Assembly (NCBI GenBank): GCA_002269645.1
Contig: NIVC01001994.1
Coordinates: 62,001 to 126,000, forward strand
DNA from: Macrostomum lignano
Lineage: Eukaryota
DNA: 64,000 nt
Reading direction: 5' to 3'
Both the position numbers and the translations under genes were made by a program. Below the pieces are notes generated by a model. The model searched no databases and had not been told where the DNA came from. It saw only the letters and a program-made list of their open reading frames with translations. Every line of letters begins with the position of its first letter. The first letter of the stretch is position 1. Below are positions 1 to 12,900 of the stretch, piece by piece.

Positions 1-449
1 CTCAATTTTTTGGCGTGCATTTGTAGGCCTAACTATTGATTTTTGTTTAAGCATGCACCCAGCATGATCCAGACTATGAGGGGAAGTGCATACAGTATAT
101 ACTACTGAGAAGTAGAATGTTGGAAGGAGAAGAAATATACAGAGTAGATCTTGAAACAGATAAGGGCCAAGGGCCATGACCTTTTGATCTTGGTAATGCC
201 TAGGACTAGAAATATATGCAATGTATTATGTAATATAACAATAGTAATTTAAATATACTAAATCTTCAAGTAATAGTAATATATCTGATTGTCAATAAAG
301 TACTTTTAAATTCCATAATATTCTATTTTTGCCTGTTTTGGAACATTCTGGGACATTCTTAATGTAATGTACATATAAATAGTAGTGTAATGTGCATAAA
401 AAACTACAATAGATAAAAAATTCTTTGCTCAACTATCTGAAATGCTGAA

Positions 450-1651
450 ATGGCGAAAGATACTCTGTACTCAAAAGACCTGCAGCAAATTCTGCTTTTC
501 TATGACTATTGCTCTGGCAAGAATGCAAGACAATTGGCCACTGACATCAATGCTACTTTTGGTGCAGGAACCCTCACCCATCAGACTACCAACAATTGGT
601 TCAGGCAATTCAAAGATGGAGATGAGGGCCTTAAAGACAAGCCCCACAATGGCCAGCTGGCAGAGCTTGACGACAGTGCACTTGAGCAACTGCTTGAGTG
701 GGACACCCAGCAGACTACGCATGAGCTGGCCACGCAGCTAGGTGTGCATCATTCCACTGTTGCTGACCACCTTCACTGTCTGAACAAGAAACCAAAGCTG
801 GGATGTTGGGTGCCCTACCAGCTGACTGGCACTGACAAGGACCGGCATATTGAGGCTGCCCTCACCATGCTCTCCTGATCCTGCCATCTGGATTGGCTGG
901 ATGATGTGGTGACAGGTGACAAAAAATAGTGCCTCTACATCAACATCCAATGCGAGCAACAGTGGGTTGATTTGGATGCAAAGCCAGAGCGAGAGGCCAA
1001 GGCTGAACTATACCCCAAAAAGGTCATGCTTTCAGTCTTCTAGGACACGAAAGGAATCATAATGTGGGAGCTGCTGCCAAAGAACAATAGCATACATGCG
1101 CAACTTTGGGAATCACCTGGCCGTTTCTATTGGCAACACACACATGTAAGTCGCTATTGGCTGAGAGCAGTCACGTGACTACTATTCCGTCCAATAGCGA
1201 CTTACATGTGTGTGTTGCCAATAGAAACGGCCGAGTGAATCCCAAGGTTGCGCCCAAGCATGAACAATAGTATCAATGCTCCTTCTACCAGGAGCAGCTT
1301 GAGCGCCTGCAGCAGAAGCTGGCTGAGGTGCACCTTGAATGTTGCCAGGTCATCTTGCTGCATGACAATGCACCTGCGCACAAGGCACAGTTGACCCATC
1401 AGAAGCTGCTCCTCAAGCTATGAGTAGGCTGGGAGATTCTTCCCCACCCACCATACAGCCCAGATCTTGCACCTACCAGTTATCACATGTTTGCTGCCCT
1501 TGACCATTCTTTGGCCGGCCAGCAATTCAATGACGAGGACAACCTGACAAACTTGTTTGAGGGCCAGTGCCCGGGGTTCTATAGCCAGGGCATCCGCTCC
1601 CTACATACATGCTGGCAGATAGTTATTGACCATGATGGTGACTACATTTAA
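450..1651 (+). mobile_element. Mariner (Tc1/mariner, DD34D-type) transposase pseudogene
   Basis: ORF 450-878 has HTH-like N-terminus and WVPYQL (WVPHEL motif); continuing by hand gives TGDKK, KKVMLSVF, HDNAPAH, HPPYSPDLAPTSY. Several stops, a 1-bp frameshift after the MITE, third catalytic Asp reads Ser. Possible degenerate TIRs near 282 (tatctgattg) and 1725-1735 (caatcaggta) are weak. Confidence 0.93.
1091..1262. mobile_element. 172-bp palindromic MITE (P/hAT-like, 8-bp TSD) inserted in mariner
   Basis: TSD aacaatag at 1083-1090 and 1263-1270; starts CATACATGCGCAAC; near-perfect hairpin around central gtcacgtgac; removing it restores ELLPKNNSINA. Confidence 0.88.
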
Positions 1652-3260
1652 GATTGATAACCTTGTTGTACAGAAAAGTGTTATATTGAATAAACTTGTA
1701 ACAAATGTAAAAAAATGTCCCAACAATCAGGTATATACTGCTCAGGTCAAATTTGCATACAATGCTACTAGAATAACAGTGAGAATGCTAGAAATGCTAC
1801 CAATATAAGGGATAACTAATACTTAGAATAATACTGAGATAAATACTAAGAATAATTCTTAGACTAATACTCAGACATATACTTAGACCAATACTAAGGC
1901 TAATTCTAAAAAAGTATAGATTTAGCCTTGTTATAACTTGGTAACAGCATTTAAGGACATTTGCAACGATAAAAGCAAAATCCCTATGACAATTATAATA
2001 TATATAGATTTCTAAAACTTGGCCTTAAAAGACTTGTGCATTTTATAAACCCTATGACATAATTTTCATAGTATAAATTAACATTGGGGCTAGTTTTACA
2101 ATTATTCATGTTTATTTTCATATTTAAAATGCTTAGGACCTACTTAAAGTAGAAATTTAAAACCCATCACTTTTTCTGTCTTTAATCAATGACTAATAAA
2201 ATTGTTTGGTAAAAAAACAATTACCAAAAATTACCAAACAATCAGGTAGCCTAGACAATGGGTTAGACAATGTACATGATCCCCTGCAAACAAATTTTCA
2301 ACTTGGGGGATCATATTACAAAATTGATGAAAAGCCCAAGTTTTGTTATCCAACCCCTCTCCATACATTTCCTCTATTTGAATGATTGTATAACGGAAGT
2401 GAATATAGAGATGTCCCTACTCTTGCCAAGAATCGTGGCTTACAATTAATTAGGGTAGGCCTAATCTTGCTTCAAATATATTCCACTGATATGCAAACAA
2501 GACTCCTATCTTTTACATAGGGGATCGTATAACAAAAGTGCCATGTTCTATAGGAAAAATGTAAGGGGATCGTAAAACGAAAGAATGCCAAAGTTACATA
2601 TCAGAGACGTCTAACCTATTGGATACGTAGTTTTTCTGCTTGGCCGCTTGGGTGGAATTATATATTTCTAGAAGAATTGGAGTTGGATTAATTAGATAGC
2701 TGAACAAAAGGTAAGGAATGATAAAGATTCACCAGCTTATATTTACTTTTGTCACACGATCATCAGCTTTCAAATGATGAAATTATATGTAGGTGATCGT
2801 AAGACAAAACCAAAAGAGCTTGTTTATTTCGAATTACGATAACACTATTAATAAAATTGTATTGGAGGGATCGTATTTGGAGCGTAGGGATAAAAGGTAT
2901 CGTAGTTTTCAGAAAAAAATGGCCCACTTTTATTTTCATTACGTAAGTGTGTTTTAGGTCTAATTCTAATTCTTTGAAAGGGCTTGTAGATGTATATAAC
3001 TTTGGCCGATCGGTTTTTACCGACGTTAAACCGACGTTAAAATGTACATAGAGGGAGTGGGGTGGCTGCACACTGATGACAAGTAGAATGGGGTGGCTGA
3101 CAGGGAAATCCCCAAGGCCACCACAAGGCGCCTACCAATAAAAAGCAAAGCAAACTTAAGCAAATGGCGTGATTCTGAATTGATGACTCACTCGACACTC
3201 CTTACCGGTCTGTCTCTGCAGTGCGCAACTACATGCATATACTGTTTGCATTTAAATACA

Positions 3261-4145
3261 CTGCCGACGTAAACTTTTGCCGACGCTAACTTTTCCCATT
3301 CAAAATACATTGCCGACGTAAACTTTTGCCGACGCTAACTTTTCCCATTCAAAATACATTGCCGACGTAAACTTTTGCCGACGCTAACTTTTCCCGTTCA
3401 AAATACATTGCCGACGTAAACTTTTTCCGACGCTAACTTTTCCCATTCAAAATACATTGCCGACGTAAACTTTTGCCGACGCTAACTTTTTCTATAAATT
3501 ATATATTCTAATACATTGCCGACGTAAACTTTTGCCGATGCTAACTTTTCCCATTCAAAATACATTGCCGACGTAAACTTTTGCCGACGCTAACTTTTCC
3601 CGTTCAAAATACATTGCCGACGTAAACTGTTGCCGACGCTAACTTTTCCCGTTCAAAATACATTGCCGACGTAAACTGTTGCCGACGCTAACTTTTTCTA
3701 TAAATTATATATTCTAATACATTGCCGACGTAAACTTTTGCCGACGCTAACTTTTTCTATAAATTATATATTATAATACATTGCCGACGTAAACTTTTGC
3801 CGATGCTAACTTTTCCCATTAAAAATACATTGCCGACGTAAACTTTTGCCGACGCTAACTTTTCCCGTTCAAAATACATTGCCGACGTAAACTTTTTCCG
3901 ACGCTAACTTTTCCCATTCAAAATACATTGCCGACGTAAACTGTTGCCGACGCTAACTTTTTCTATAAATTATATATTCTAATACATTGCCGACGTAAAC
4001 TTTTGCCGACGCTATTTTTTCCAGTTCAAAATACATTGCCGACGTAAAATTTTGCCGACGCTAACTTTTTCTATAAATTATATATTCTAATACATTGCCG
4101 ACGTAAACTTGCCGACGCTAACTTTTCCCGTTCAAAATACATTGC
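3261..4145 (+). repeat. Left TIR tandem array (~49-bp unit tgccgacgtaaacttttgccgacgctaacttttcccattcaaaatacat and a longer variant)
   Basis: About 17 units read directly. Confidence 0.95.
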
Positions 4146-4379
4146 TGTGGCGGCCAGACTGTACGCGACCGGCAGCACCAGTGCAGCCGCCCTGGAAACC
4201 CCCCAACCTCTGTCTAGCTGAGGTGGGGTTGTTGCGCATCAGGCTAGCCGGCTCGCTAAGCCAGGGGGGTTGGCGTAGCCTATCATGCCACGCCACCTGT
4301 TCGCACCTCCATAGGCCCCTCATGAATCTCGCGCAGTTTGTGTAAATATAACAACATAACTAAAAATACGTTGTCAGGA

Positions 4380-4950
4380 TGGCAAAAGTTAGCGTCACAG
4401 GGCGCGCTTCATGGCTTTGGGCGCGAACAAAGGCCGCGCCACCGGCAGTGTCCGGGGCGTCGGCGTCAGCCAGCAGACAGTCGACGTAACGCCGAGTTCG
4501 CGCTTGACATCGCCGGTAGGGTGCCTGCAGCGTGAGCAGCAGCACCTCCTGCACCGGCTGTGGGCAGTACGACTCGGCGCGGATGAGATGGCCTGCGAGC
4601 TGGAGTCGCCGACGGCGCAGTAGATCGCTTGGACGTGGCAGGCCAGCGCGGCGATAGAGTGCCGCGTTGTTGACTCGCTCGACGTCGATGTTGAAGGCGG
4701 CGCGCAGCAGGCCAGCCTGCGCCGCATCGACTTGCTGTTCGAGTGAGTCCGTCAGCGTCCAGGTCTCGGCGTTGTAGAGCAGGACGGTCTCGATTACCGC
4801 CTGGAATAGCGCCGCCCTCTGGCGGTCCGGTAGGGCCTCGGACTGCAGGCTAGGACTGCCCTCACAGAACGAAAGGCAGCCCAGGCAAGCCCGCGGCGGC
4901 GTCGCAGGTCCTCGCGAGCGTCTGGAAACAGACCGCCGAGGTAGACGTAA
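4380..4950 (-). mobile_element. 3' fragment of RTE-like LINE (same family as 10915-14310)
   Basis: YLGG...[15 protein letters not shown] and [29 protein letters not shown] match the intron copy nearly residue for residue; frameshifts present. Confidence 0.88.
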
Positions 4951-5139
4951 TGCGTAAATATGAATATATGCGCAAAGCAGCACAAAACTTTTCGCTGCCA
5001 TTCCATCTATTGAAATGAAAAGGCCTTCCGCCTCATTGGTGAGCCCGACTCCCAGCGCGGAACGCTGGGCCTACCTGGACAGCCCTGTGCGGTCCTGGCA
5101 GCCAACCGCCTTGGCCGACTGCAACGGCAGCACAGCAGC

Positions 5140-6190
5140 ACCGCAGCACCGTAGCACCGTAGCACTGCACTATTCAGCCTCGACACGAGGCGAGTGACAG
5201 CTGGAGCGATTCTGAAGTCCACTGTTACACTGACGGCTCAATGAGGCATGGTCTTTCAGGCTTCGGAGCTTGGGTCTTCTTCAAGGGTGAAGTGGTGGGG
5301 AGCTACTCCCAGCACACTGGGCTCAACTCCAGTGTTTTTCAGAGCGAGGTGCTTGCCATCAGCTGCTGCGCGGCAGAGCTGCGCCAAAGGCAGCACTGTC
5401 GGAATCTATTTTTCACTCTGACAGCCAAGCAGCCCATCGGGCCGCAGCACCACCAGCTCCAAATCTGTCCTGGACTGCAACACCCAGCTCAACGGGCTTG
5501 CGCTAGGCAACCAAGTGGAGCTCAGATGGATCAAGGGCCATGTTGGTTTCCTCGGCAACGAGTGCCCTGACCTGCTGGCTAAGGCTGGCTCCGCCGGCGC
5601 GCTGCTGGGGCTGGGCCGGGGGGCCCCATCCCCGCCTCGGTGAGCAACTCCCGCGTTAAGCGCTGGACTGATTCCGAGCATCTCCGCAGGTGGCAAGACC
5701 GTGCTGCCGTCCCCTCCCCGTCTCCTCTCCTGCGTAGAGCCCTTAACCGCAGAGACCTAAGAGCAGTCAGAATGGCCCTCTCCGGGCATGGCTGCTTCTC
5801 TCGCCACCACTTCCTTCAGGGCCAAGTACCCGAGGAGCGGTGCCCCTTCTGCCGCTCAGGCAGTGAAAACACCGAGCACTTTATCTGCCACTGTCCGGTT
5901 TCCACCAGGGCCAGGCTCACTCACCTCGGGCCAAACCCGGTTCCCTCCGACGTTTGCAGGCCCGAGAGCATCCCGCTGCTCGCCCGGTACCTCAGGGACA
6001 CGGGACGAGCTGATTTCTTCCCCACCGCCGGTGAGAAGGACCGCGCTGCAGGCGAGACCGACGGGTCCCCCTGAGAGACATTACTTCGATGGAAGTCATT
6101 GGTTGCCAGGGCCTAGCGGAATGGGCGGTCTCCTCCGCCTCCTCGCTGCATCTGCCGGACGCCCCCTGCAGCTAAATCAAGTTAAGTCAA
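5140..6190 (+). mobile_element. 3' fragment of I-group LINE (RNase H plus C-terminal CCHC knuckle)
   Basis: HCYTDGS, VFQSEVLAI, WIKGHVG..GNE (RNase H); CPFC..ENTEHFICHCP zinc motif; ends ccccctgcagctaa plus short-repeat tail. Confidence 0.85.
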
Positions 6191-6659
6191 CCTCCCTGGC
6201 GATCAATTCACTTCTTGAAATCGGTCGCGCAGCGCCCGGATGTCGCTAATGTACATATGTACGTGTAGAACTCTGCCGATTGATTCTCTAGCCACTGGTT
6301 GGCAAGGGGTTAGGTTCCTAGAGACTTATAGCTCTTCGTTACACTCGAAATGGGGCCCACGGAGCGGCCGCTTATTTACATGCAAAAGTCGACAGAGCAG
6401 CTTACATGTAATTATAAAGTTGGAGGGTGCCAGGTCTGGTGAATTGGCCAGTGCCGCGTCGCCATGGATTTTATGGTGGGGGGACAAAGCCGGGAATTCT
6501 ACATGTACATGTACATGACTGAAGTCGTACATGTACATTTTTTCAGAATCGGTGTTCTCATCGCTCATTTTTGGCTCCGCAGGCATTTAGCAACAGTAAA
6601 AGGTATCAAAGCAACCGGTGTAACCAAAAGTGTCCGAACTACATATACATCTATCAACA

Positions 6660-7860
6660 TCAAAGCGTGGCATAGCCGCTGTGGCTGGACCTGGAGCTGC
6701 GGTCTCAGGTTCTCTGAGTCTAAAACTGTGGCTATTATGTTCACCAGCCGCCGAAACTGGAGGATCGAACCGCTCTTCCTCTATGGCAAACCCGTTGCCA
6801 TGGAGAAACAAACCAGATGTCTGGGCATCACCCTCTCTACCACAGGTTGAACTGGACTCCACACGTCCAAACCAAAGCCCGCAAAGCTCTCTCGATTCTC
6901 GCACAGATCTGCAAAGCCTTTGGCGCTACCTGGGGCCTCACACCCCGTCGCCTCTGGTGGATTTACTCTGCCATCGTGAATACCGGCCATCTCCTTCGCC
7001 GGCTTCATTTGGAACAGTTCCCTAGATGTGAAAGGGGTTCTCGATGCTCTTAACAGGGTGCAAGACCGCGCTTGTCGAGCTATCATGAGCACGGCTCCCT
7101 CTACACCCTTCGCCGGCATGAACTCCTTCTTGGACATCCCCCCCTCGACCTCTTTGTTAGAGGGCAGGCAAAGAAGACCAACCCGACCCGCCGTCTGCTT
7201 GACGCGGGTGTCCCCATCCAGAAGCAGTTCGCCTTCAAAAAGCGGAACCTCCCGCCGCACGGTGACAGCCTGCGAGACCTGGAAGCAGTAGGAAGCATGC
7301 TGACCCTCTCGGACGGAATTCCGTCCCCGCTCTGCCCTCCGCTCAAATTCAAAACCAGCATTCCACCACGCCATGCTGAGGCTAGGGACAACCGGAAACC
7401 CCGTGAAATCCACTGCTTCACTGACGGGTCCCAAATCAACTCCGCCTCTGGCTACGGCTTGCATCGTGTCTGGAGGGAGAACTGTGGTGGCCTTCTCCCG
7501 AAACACCGGCACCTGCTCCACCGATTTCCAGACCGAAGTTCTTGCCATCAGCTCCTGCGCCATCAGCGCATCTGGGGGAAGGAGATGATCCTCCACTCGG
7601 TCAAGCGGCGATCCACGCCCTTGAGCGCACACCATCACCTGCTATCGTACAGTCCTCGACTGCATCAGGCAGCTCAACCGCTTAGTCGCATCTAACAAGG
7701 TGTCCCTATAAGGTGGATCCCCGGGCACTCGGGCCACCCTGGCAACGAGCTGGCCGATCGCCTGACCAAGGCTGGCTCGACCGGTTCTTTTACTGGTCCC
7801 CTTGCCCGTGGCCCCCTCCCCCAGATGCACGGAGCCCCCTGCAGCTAATTCTAAGTAAAA
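6660..7860 (+). mobile_element. Degenerate I-group LINE fragment (RT thumb plus RNase H), internally deleted
   Basis: GLRFSESKTVAIMF, CLGITL, LNWTPHV, WGLTPRRLWWIY; HCFTDGS, FQTEVLAI, GNELADRLTK across frameshifts; same ccccctgcagctaa 3' end as the copy near 6165. Confidence 0.85.
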
Positions 7861-8489
7861 ATTCCCTCTAAGATGTACATGTACACCACGGGAGAGCTCT
7901 AATCGGACCTTCACTTCCCCATCCCCATGCCGCTTCGAATCAGTCTAGGAGGAAAGACATTATTTTATAAAAATTCTGTTTTAGAAATTTATTTATGCAG
8001 GCGAATAATCGTCAAAAAGTTGGACTAAAAATGGTTTTTGTCAAACCGCTATAAACTGCGAATATTTCAGTACCAAATTTTTCACTGACTGACTTTATGT
8101 TTGCTAACAAACGTCGGCTGCTGAAAAACGTTGCTATGCCACGCTTTGGTGCTGCTGATGTAGTTTAGACAGTCTTGGTTACATCAGTTTCTTTTGGTAC
8201 ATGTTAGCTACTAAAAGAAGACGAAGAGGGTTTTAGTGTGCAGTAGTTTGTTAGTGACCTGTATTTAGTAGCAGTAGAAGGGAGCGATGTGGCATTAGAT
8301 TGGTGCTATGTCCGCAGTTTTCAAATGCAAGTACATGTAAGCCTAGAGAGGGCATAATTCTTTAACCCATTGCCGCATGCAAATGTCCGGCTGGCAAACG
8401 TCGGCTGGCAAACGTTGGCTGGCAAACGTCGGATGGCGAACGTCGGCTCGCAAAATTCGGCTGGCGAACGTCGCTATTTCTTCCATCGG

Positions 8490-9145
8490 AAATGTATTTA
8501 AAAAGAAAAAGTTAGCGTCGGCAATGTATTTTGAATGGGAAAAGTTAGCGTCGGCAAAAGTTTACGTCGGCAATGTATTAGAATATATAATTTATAGAAA
8601 AAGTTAGCGTCGGCAAAAGTTTACGTCGGCAATGTATTAGAATATATAATTTATAGAAAAAGTTAGCGTCGGCAAAAGTTTACGTCGGCAATGTATTTTG
8701 AACGGGAAAAGTTAGCGTCGGCAACAGTTTACGTCGGCAATGTATTTTGAACGGGAAAAGTTATGCGTCGGCAAAAGTTTACGTCGGCAATGTATTTTGA
8801 ATGTGAAAAGTTAGCGTCGGCAAAAGTTTACGTCGGCAATGTATTTCGAATGGGAAAAGTTAGCATCGGCAAAAGTTTACGTCGGCAATGTATTAGAATA
8901 TATAATTTATAGAAAAAGTTAGCGTCGGCAAAAGTTTACGTCGGCAATGTATTTTGAATGGGAAAAGTTAGCGTCGGCAACAGTTTACGTCGGCAATGTA
9001 TTTTGAACGGGAAAAGTTAGCGTCGGCAAAAGTTTACGTCGGCAATGTATTTTCAATGTGAAAAGTTAGCGTCGGCAAAAGTTTACGTCGGCAATGTATT
9101 TTGAATGGGAAAAGTTAGCGTCGGCAAAAGTTTACGTCGGCAGTG
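8490..9145 (-). repeat. Right TIR tandem array (inverted ~49-bp unit)
   Basis: Reverse complement of the 3261-4145 array, fewer units (about 12-13); preceded by cggctggcaaacgt repeats at about 8388-8470. Confidence 0.95.
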
Positions 9146-9850
9146 TATTTAAATGCAAACAGTATATGCATGTAGTTGCGCACTGCAGAGACAGATCGGT
9201 AAGGAGTGTCGAGTGAGTCATCAATTCAGAATCACGCCATTTGCTTAAGTTTGCTTTGCTTTTTATTGGTAGGCGCCTTGTGGTGGCCTTGGGGATTTCC
9301 CTGTCAGCCACCCCATTCTACTTGTCATCAGTGTGCAGCCACCCCACTCCCTCTATGTACATTTTAACGTCGGTTTAACGTCGGTAAAAACCGATCGGCC
9401 AAAGTTATATACATGCTTGTAGTTGTACGCGTTACACCTTACGGCACGAGCTAGTCGGTACGTTTCGGTGAAATGTCACCTTTAAAATTCCTTTACTAAA
9501 AAATATTGTGACCAATTTTTAAAATAAATGTTAGCGAAAACTTTTAAAAAAGTGTTTTCTTGCAGAATTTTTTATGCTTCTTAACGTTTAGCATATTACA
9601 AAGAAATATATTTTTTAAATTGTTTTTTAACACAAGTAAATTTCCGGTAAATTATAGTAACGTCGCCGACTGCTCTAACTGGTACAGCTAAAATATTATT
9701 ATTCATTTTCACAAGTTGTAGACTTTATTTATTCCGAAATCACATCTTTTGTATTCGCTGTTAGGACTAGGGGCTTACGTCAAGGGCAAGGCCGATCAAG
9801 TTTTAGTTTTTGGCTGCTATTTTATGAAGTAGGCCCTAACCTGTCCTAAG

Positions 9851-9878
9851 TTCTAACGCCTAATTTATATTTTTTTAG
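9851..9878 (+). promoter_or_regulatory. Branch point plus 3' splice acceptor upstream of the first coding exon of the STAR gene
   Basis: ttctaac (9851-9857), T-rich tract, ag at 9877-9878, 90 nt before ATG 9969. Confidence 0.55.
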
Positions 9879-9968
9879 GCCCGCCTATTGCCTAACGCTT
9901 GTTACCATTTTAAACTTAAAGCCATTTTGTTGAAAAAAAGCCACCGTTTTACTAACACTGAAATCGCC

Positions 9969-12900
9969 ATGAGCTCAGAATCTAATGTACAATCGCATTT
10001 GCTAGGCCCACAGCCTTCACCAGGTGTCAATAGTTTGTCTTCATCTATGGGGATGGCTACTTCACCAGACAATAATATTGCAGTTGTGACACCTGAGTAT
10101 TATCAAGAACTACTTAAAGATAAAAGAAGTCTACAGAGCTTTCCAAATGCCTTCCATCATGTTGAAAGAATCTTAGATACAGGTATGTCCAAGTCTTACT
10201 CTTGTGATTTAATTTAGGCCTAGTATTAGGGGCCTAATCAAATTAAAAGCCTAGGCCTACTAATGCCATAATGGTAATGCTAATGATAATTTTATTAATA
10301 ACATTACATTAACAATGTCAATTGTCAATATAATAGGTCTACACTCTAGGCCTAATGTTAGTTTTTTGTGCAATAAAGATATTTAGCATCTTGACTTTCA
10401 AAATTGCATCCTCAAATTTTAGACCTTAGGCCTATGTCTAAGACCTAGTCTTAGATACAATTTTGTAAGCCTATCTTAGCATTAGCCATTAGGCTTTAGT
10501 GAAAACCCTAGCCTAGGCTAGGTTTTTTTAAAAATAATATAAATGTTAAATAATATCTTGAATCTTTAAATCAAATCCTAAAGTTTGATTTAGGCCTAAG
10601 AATTAAGATGCAATTTTACCTAGGCCTACATCTTGGTGCCTTCTCATGCCTATAAAAAATGACATTTTTTATCTTATATTCCTTTCCTTAATTTTAGGCT
10701 AACTTAACTTAGGCCTTAGCTTCATTTTATGACATCTAATAAATTAAATAACAATAACAATAACAAATTATGCAACCACGCATATAAGGTCATAGTTAGA
10801 AATAGGTGCATTAGATAGCATGCTATAGAGCCTAAGAATAGACAAAGTCTACCTTAGTCCCTATTGGCATAGTATTAGCATTGTTAGGCACCTTGGTATC
10901 ACATAAGAAGCAGTCTAAATATTGACAGCTTGGGCGCGAACAAAAGCCGCACCGTCGGCAGAGTCCGGGGCGCCGGCGTCAGCCAGCAGACAGTCGACGT
11001 AGCGCTGAGTCTTCGCCTGTCCCTGCCGGTAGGGTGCCTGCAATGTAAGTAGCAGCACCTCCTGCACCGGCTCCGGACAGTAGGCCTCGGCGTGGATGAC
11101 GTGGCCTGCCAGCTGGAGTCGCTGACGGCGCAGCAGATTGCTAGGATAGGCCAGGCCGGCGCGATGATAGAGCGCCGTGTTGGTGACTCGCTCGTTGCCG
11201 ATCTTGAAGGCGGCGCGCAGCAGGCCAGCATGCGCCGCGTCGACTTGAGCCTCGAGCGAGTCTGTCAGCGTCCAGGTCTCGGCGTTGTATAACAGGACGG
11301 TCTCGATCACCGCCTGGAACAGCGCCGCCCTCTGGCGGTCCGGTAGGGCCTCGGACTGCAGGACTGACCTTATAGAACGAAAGGCAGCCCAAGCAAGTCC
11401 TCGGCGACGCCGCAGATCCTCGCGGACGTCGGGAACCAGACCGCCGAGGTAGACGAACTGCTGACATCTTGAAAGCTCACTCGCCTGTCCATCAGCGCCT
11501 CGGCAGAAGATTGCAGCCTCGGTGTCGTCCGGCACGCATACATGCGCAACCTCCAAAATTCGGTCGGCCATGCGACTAAGTTTTAACAAAAATGCGACGC
11601 AGTTTTTGGCCAAAAATGCGACTTACATGTAAAAAAACCCTAAAGCAAAATTAACGCAACTTTGGGTAAACGGCAGGAGTAACTATGACTGTCTTATTAA
11701 GTCAAAATGCCTCGTCAGCTACTTAGTACTACTACTTGGGTGTTTTTTCGGGTGGGCATTTTTGCGACTTCCTTGGTTGGCCGCCAAATCGGTCGGCCAG
11801 ATCGGCCGACTCGGCCGACTGTTGCGCATGTATGCCGGCACGCATAGCACGACGGTCTTCTGCGTGTTGACCACCAGGCCGACGCTCGCCGCAACGGCAA
11901 CCAGCCTATCCAGCTGTCGTTGGGCGCCCTCGACGGTCGAGGACAGCAGGGCGAGGTCATCGGCGTAACCAAGCATGCTGAGCCGTCTCTCCGGTTGGCG
12001 TCAACCCACGCGTCGCCGCAGCAGGAAGCCATCGTCGTTGGAAGGCAGAGCAGTCCGTAGCACCCAGTCAAGCACCAGAATAAATAGGAACAGCGCTAGC
12101 GTATCTCCCTGGAGCACCCCGGAGGATGTCTCGAAGAAATCCGATAGGCCGTCCGGTGTTGAGACAGCAGCCGTCGTGCCGTGGTACAGCGCCATGACAG
12201 CAGAAATCAGCAGCTCTGGCACGTTGTACACACGGAGCACCTCTGGGAGCGCGTCCCTCATGACCGAGTCAAAAGCCTTCCTGAAATCGACGAAGATCAG
12301 GATCAGGGTCAACTGGCGGATGCGCGCCTCCTTGATGACTTGTCGAAGAGCCAGGATCTGCGTCACTGTGCCGCAATGGGGCCGGAATCCGTTCTGCTCA
12401 GGTCGCAGGTACGGGTCCAGCACAGGCTGTAACCGCGATAGCAGCATGCGGTTGAACAGCTTCGCGGCGCAGGACTGTAGGCAGATGCCTCGATGCTCCT
12501 CGAGCTTGGTGGTGCCCGGCTTCTTTGGAATGGCGACGATGTGCGCCGTGGTCCATTCGTTTGGCGCCACCTCACCGAAAAGCACGCGGTTCATCACTCT
12601 GGCGACCTCAGTGGCCACGCAGTGGATCCGCAGCGCCTCGGTGGGCACCTCGTCCGGACCAAGCGCTTTGCTGCCTGGCGACTGCCGAGCAAACTTCACA
12701 ACGTTGGCTGTGCTGACTGGGGCAACATTGAAGCTCTCCTCCGCCGGCAACGGTGTCTCCGGCGGCAGCCTCAGCTTTTCTGGATCTGGAAGCAGCTCGT
12801 TCCTGCGCTCATCCGGAGTGTCGCCTGCCAGGTTGAGCGCGATGCGCCGCTTTTGCCCCGTCAGAGTGTTGATGGCGGACCAGGCCACGCGCACTCTGGC

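Larger units (their letters stand above)
2990..9414. mobile_element. Foldback-type non-autonomous DNA transposon with long modular TIRs
   Basis: 2990-3260 is the reverse complement of about 9144-9414 (one mismatch seen), each followed inward by inverted ~49-bp tandem arrays; perfect 8-bp TSD gcttgtag at 2982-2989 and 9415-9422; no transposase inside. Superfamily not assignable. Confidence 0.9.

Noticed and set aside
4146-4335. GC-rich structured segment as hammerhead ribozyme
   Set aside because: No CTGATGA/GAAA core found on either strand; probably a retroelement UTR piece.
6405-6465. NSPDLAPSNF Tc1/mariner-like motif
   Set aside because: Only about 10 residues with no flanking homology; too short to call.
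9455-9490. gtcacctttaa as a Kolobok-like terminus
   Set aside because: No matching partner end found in the window.
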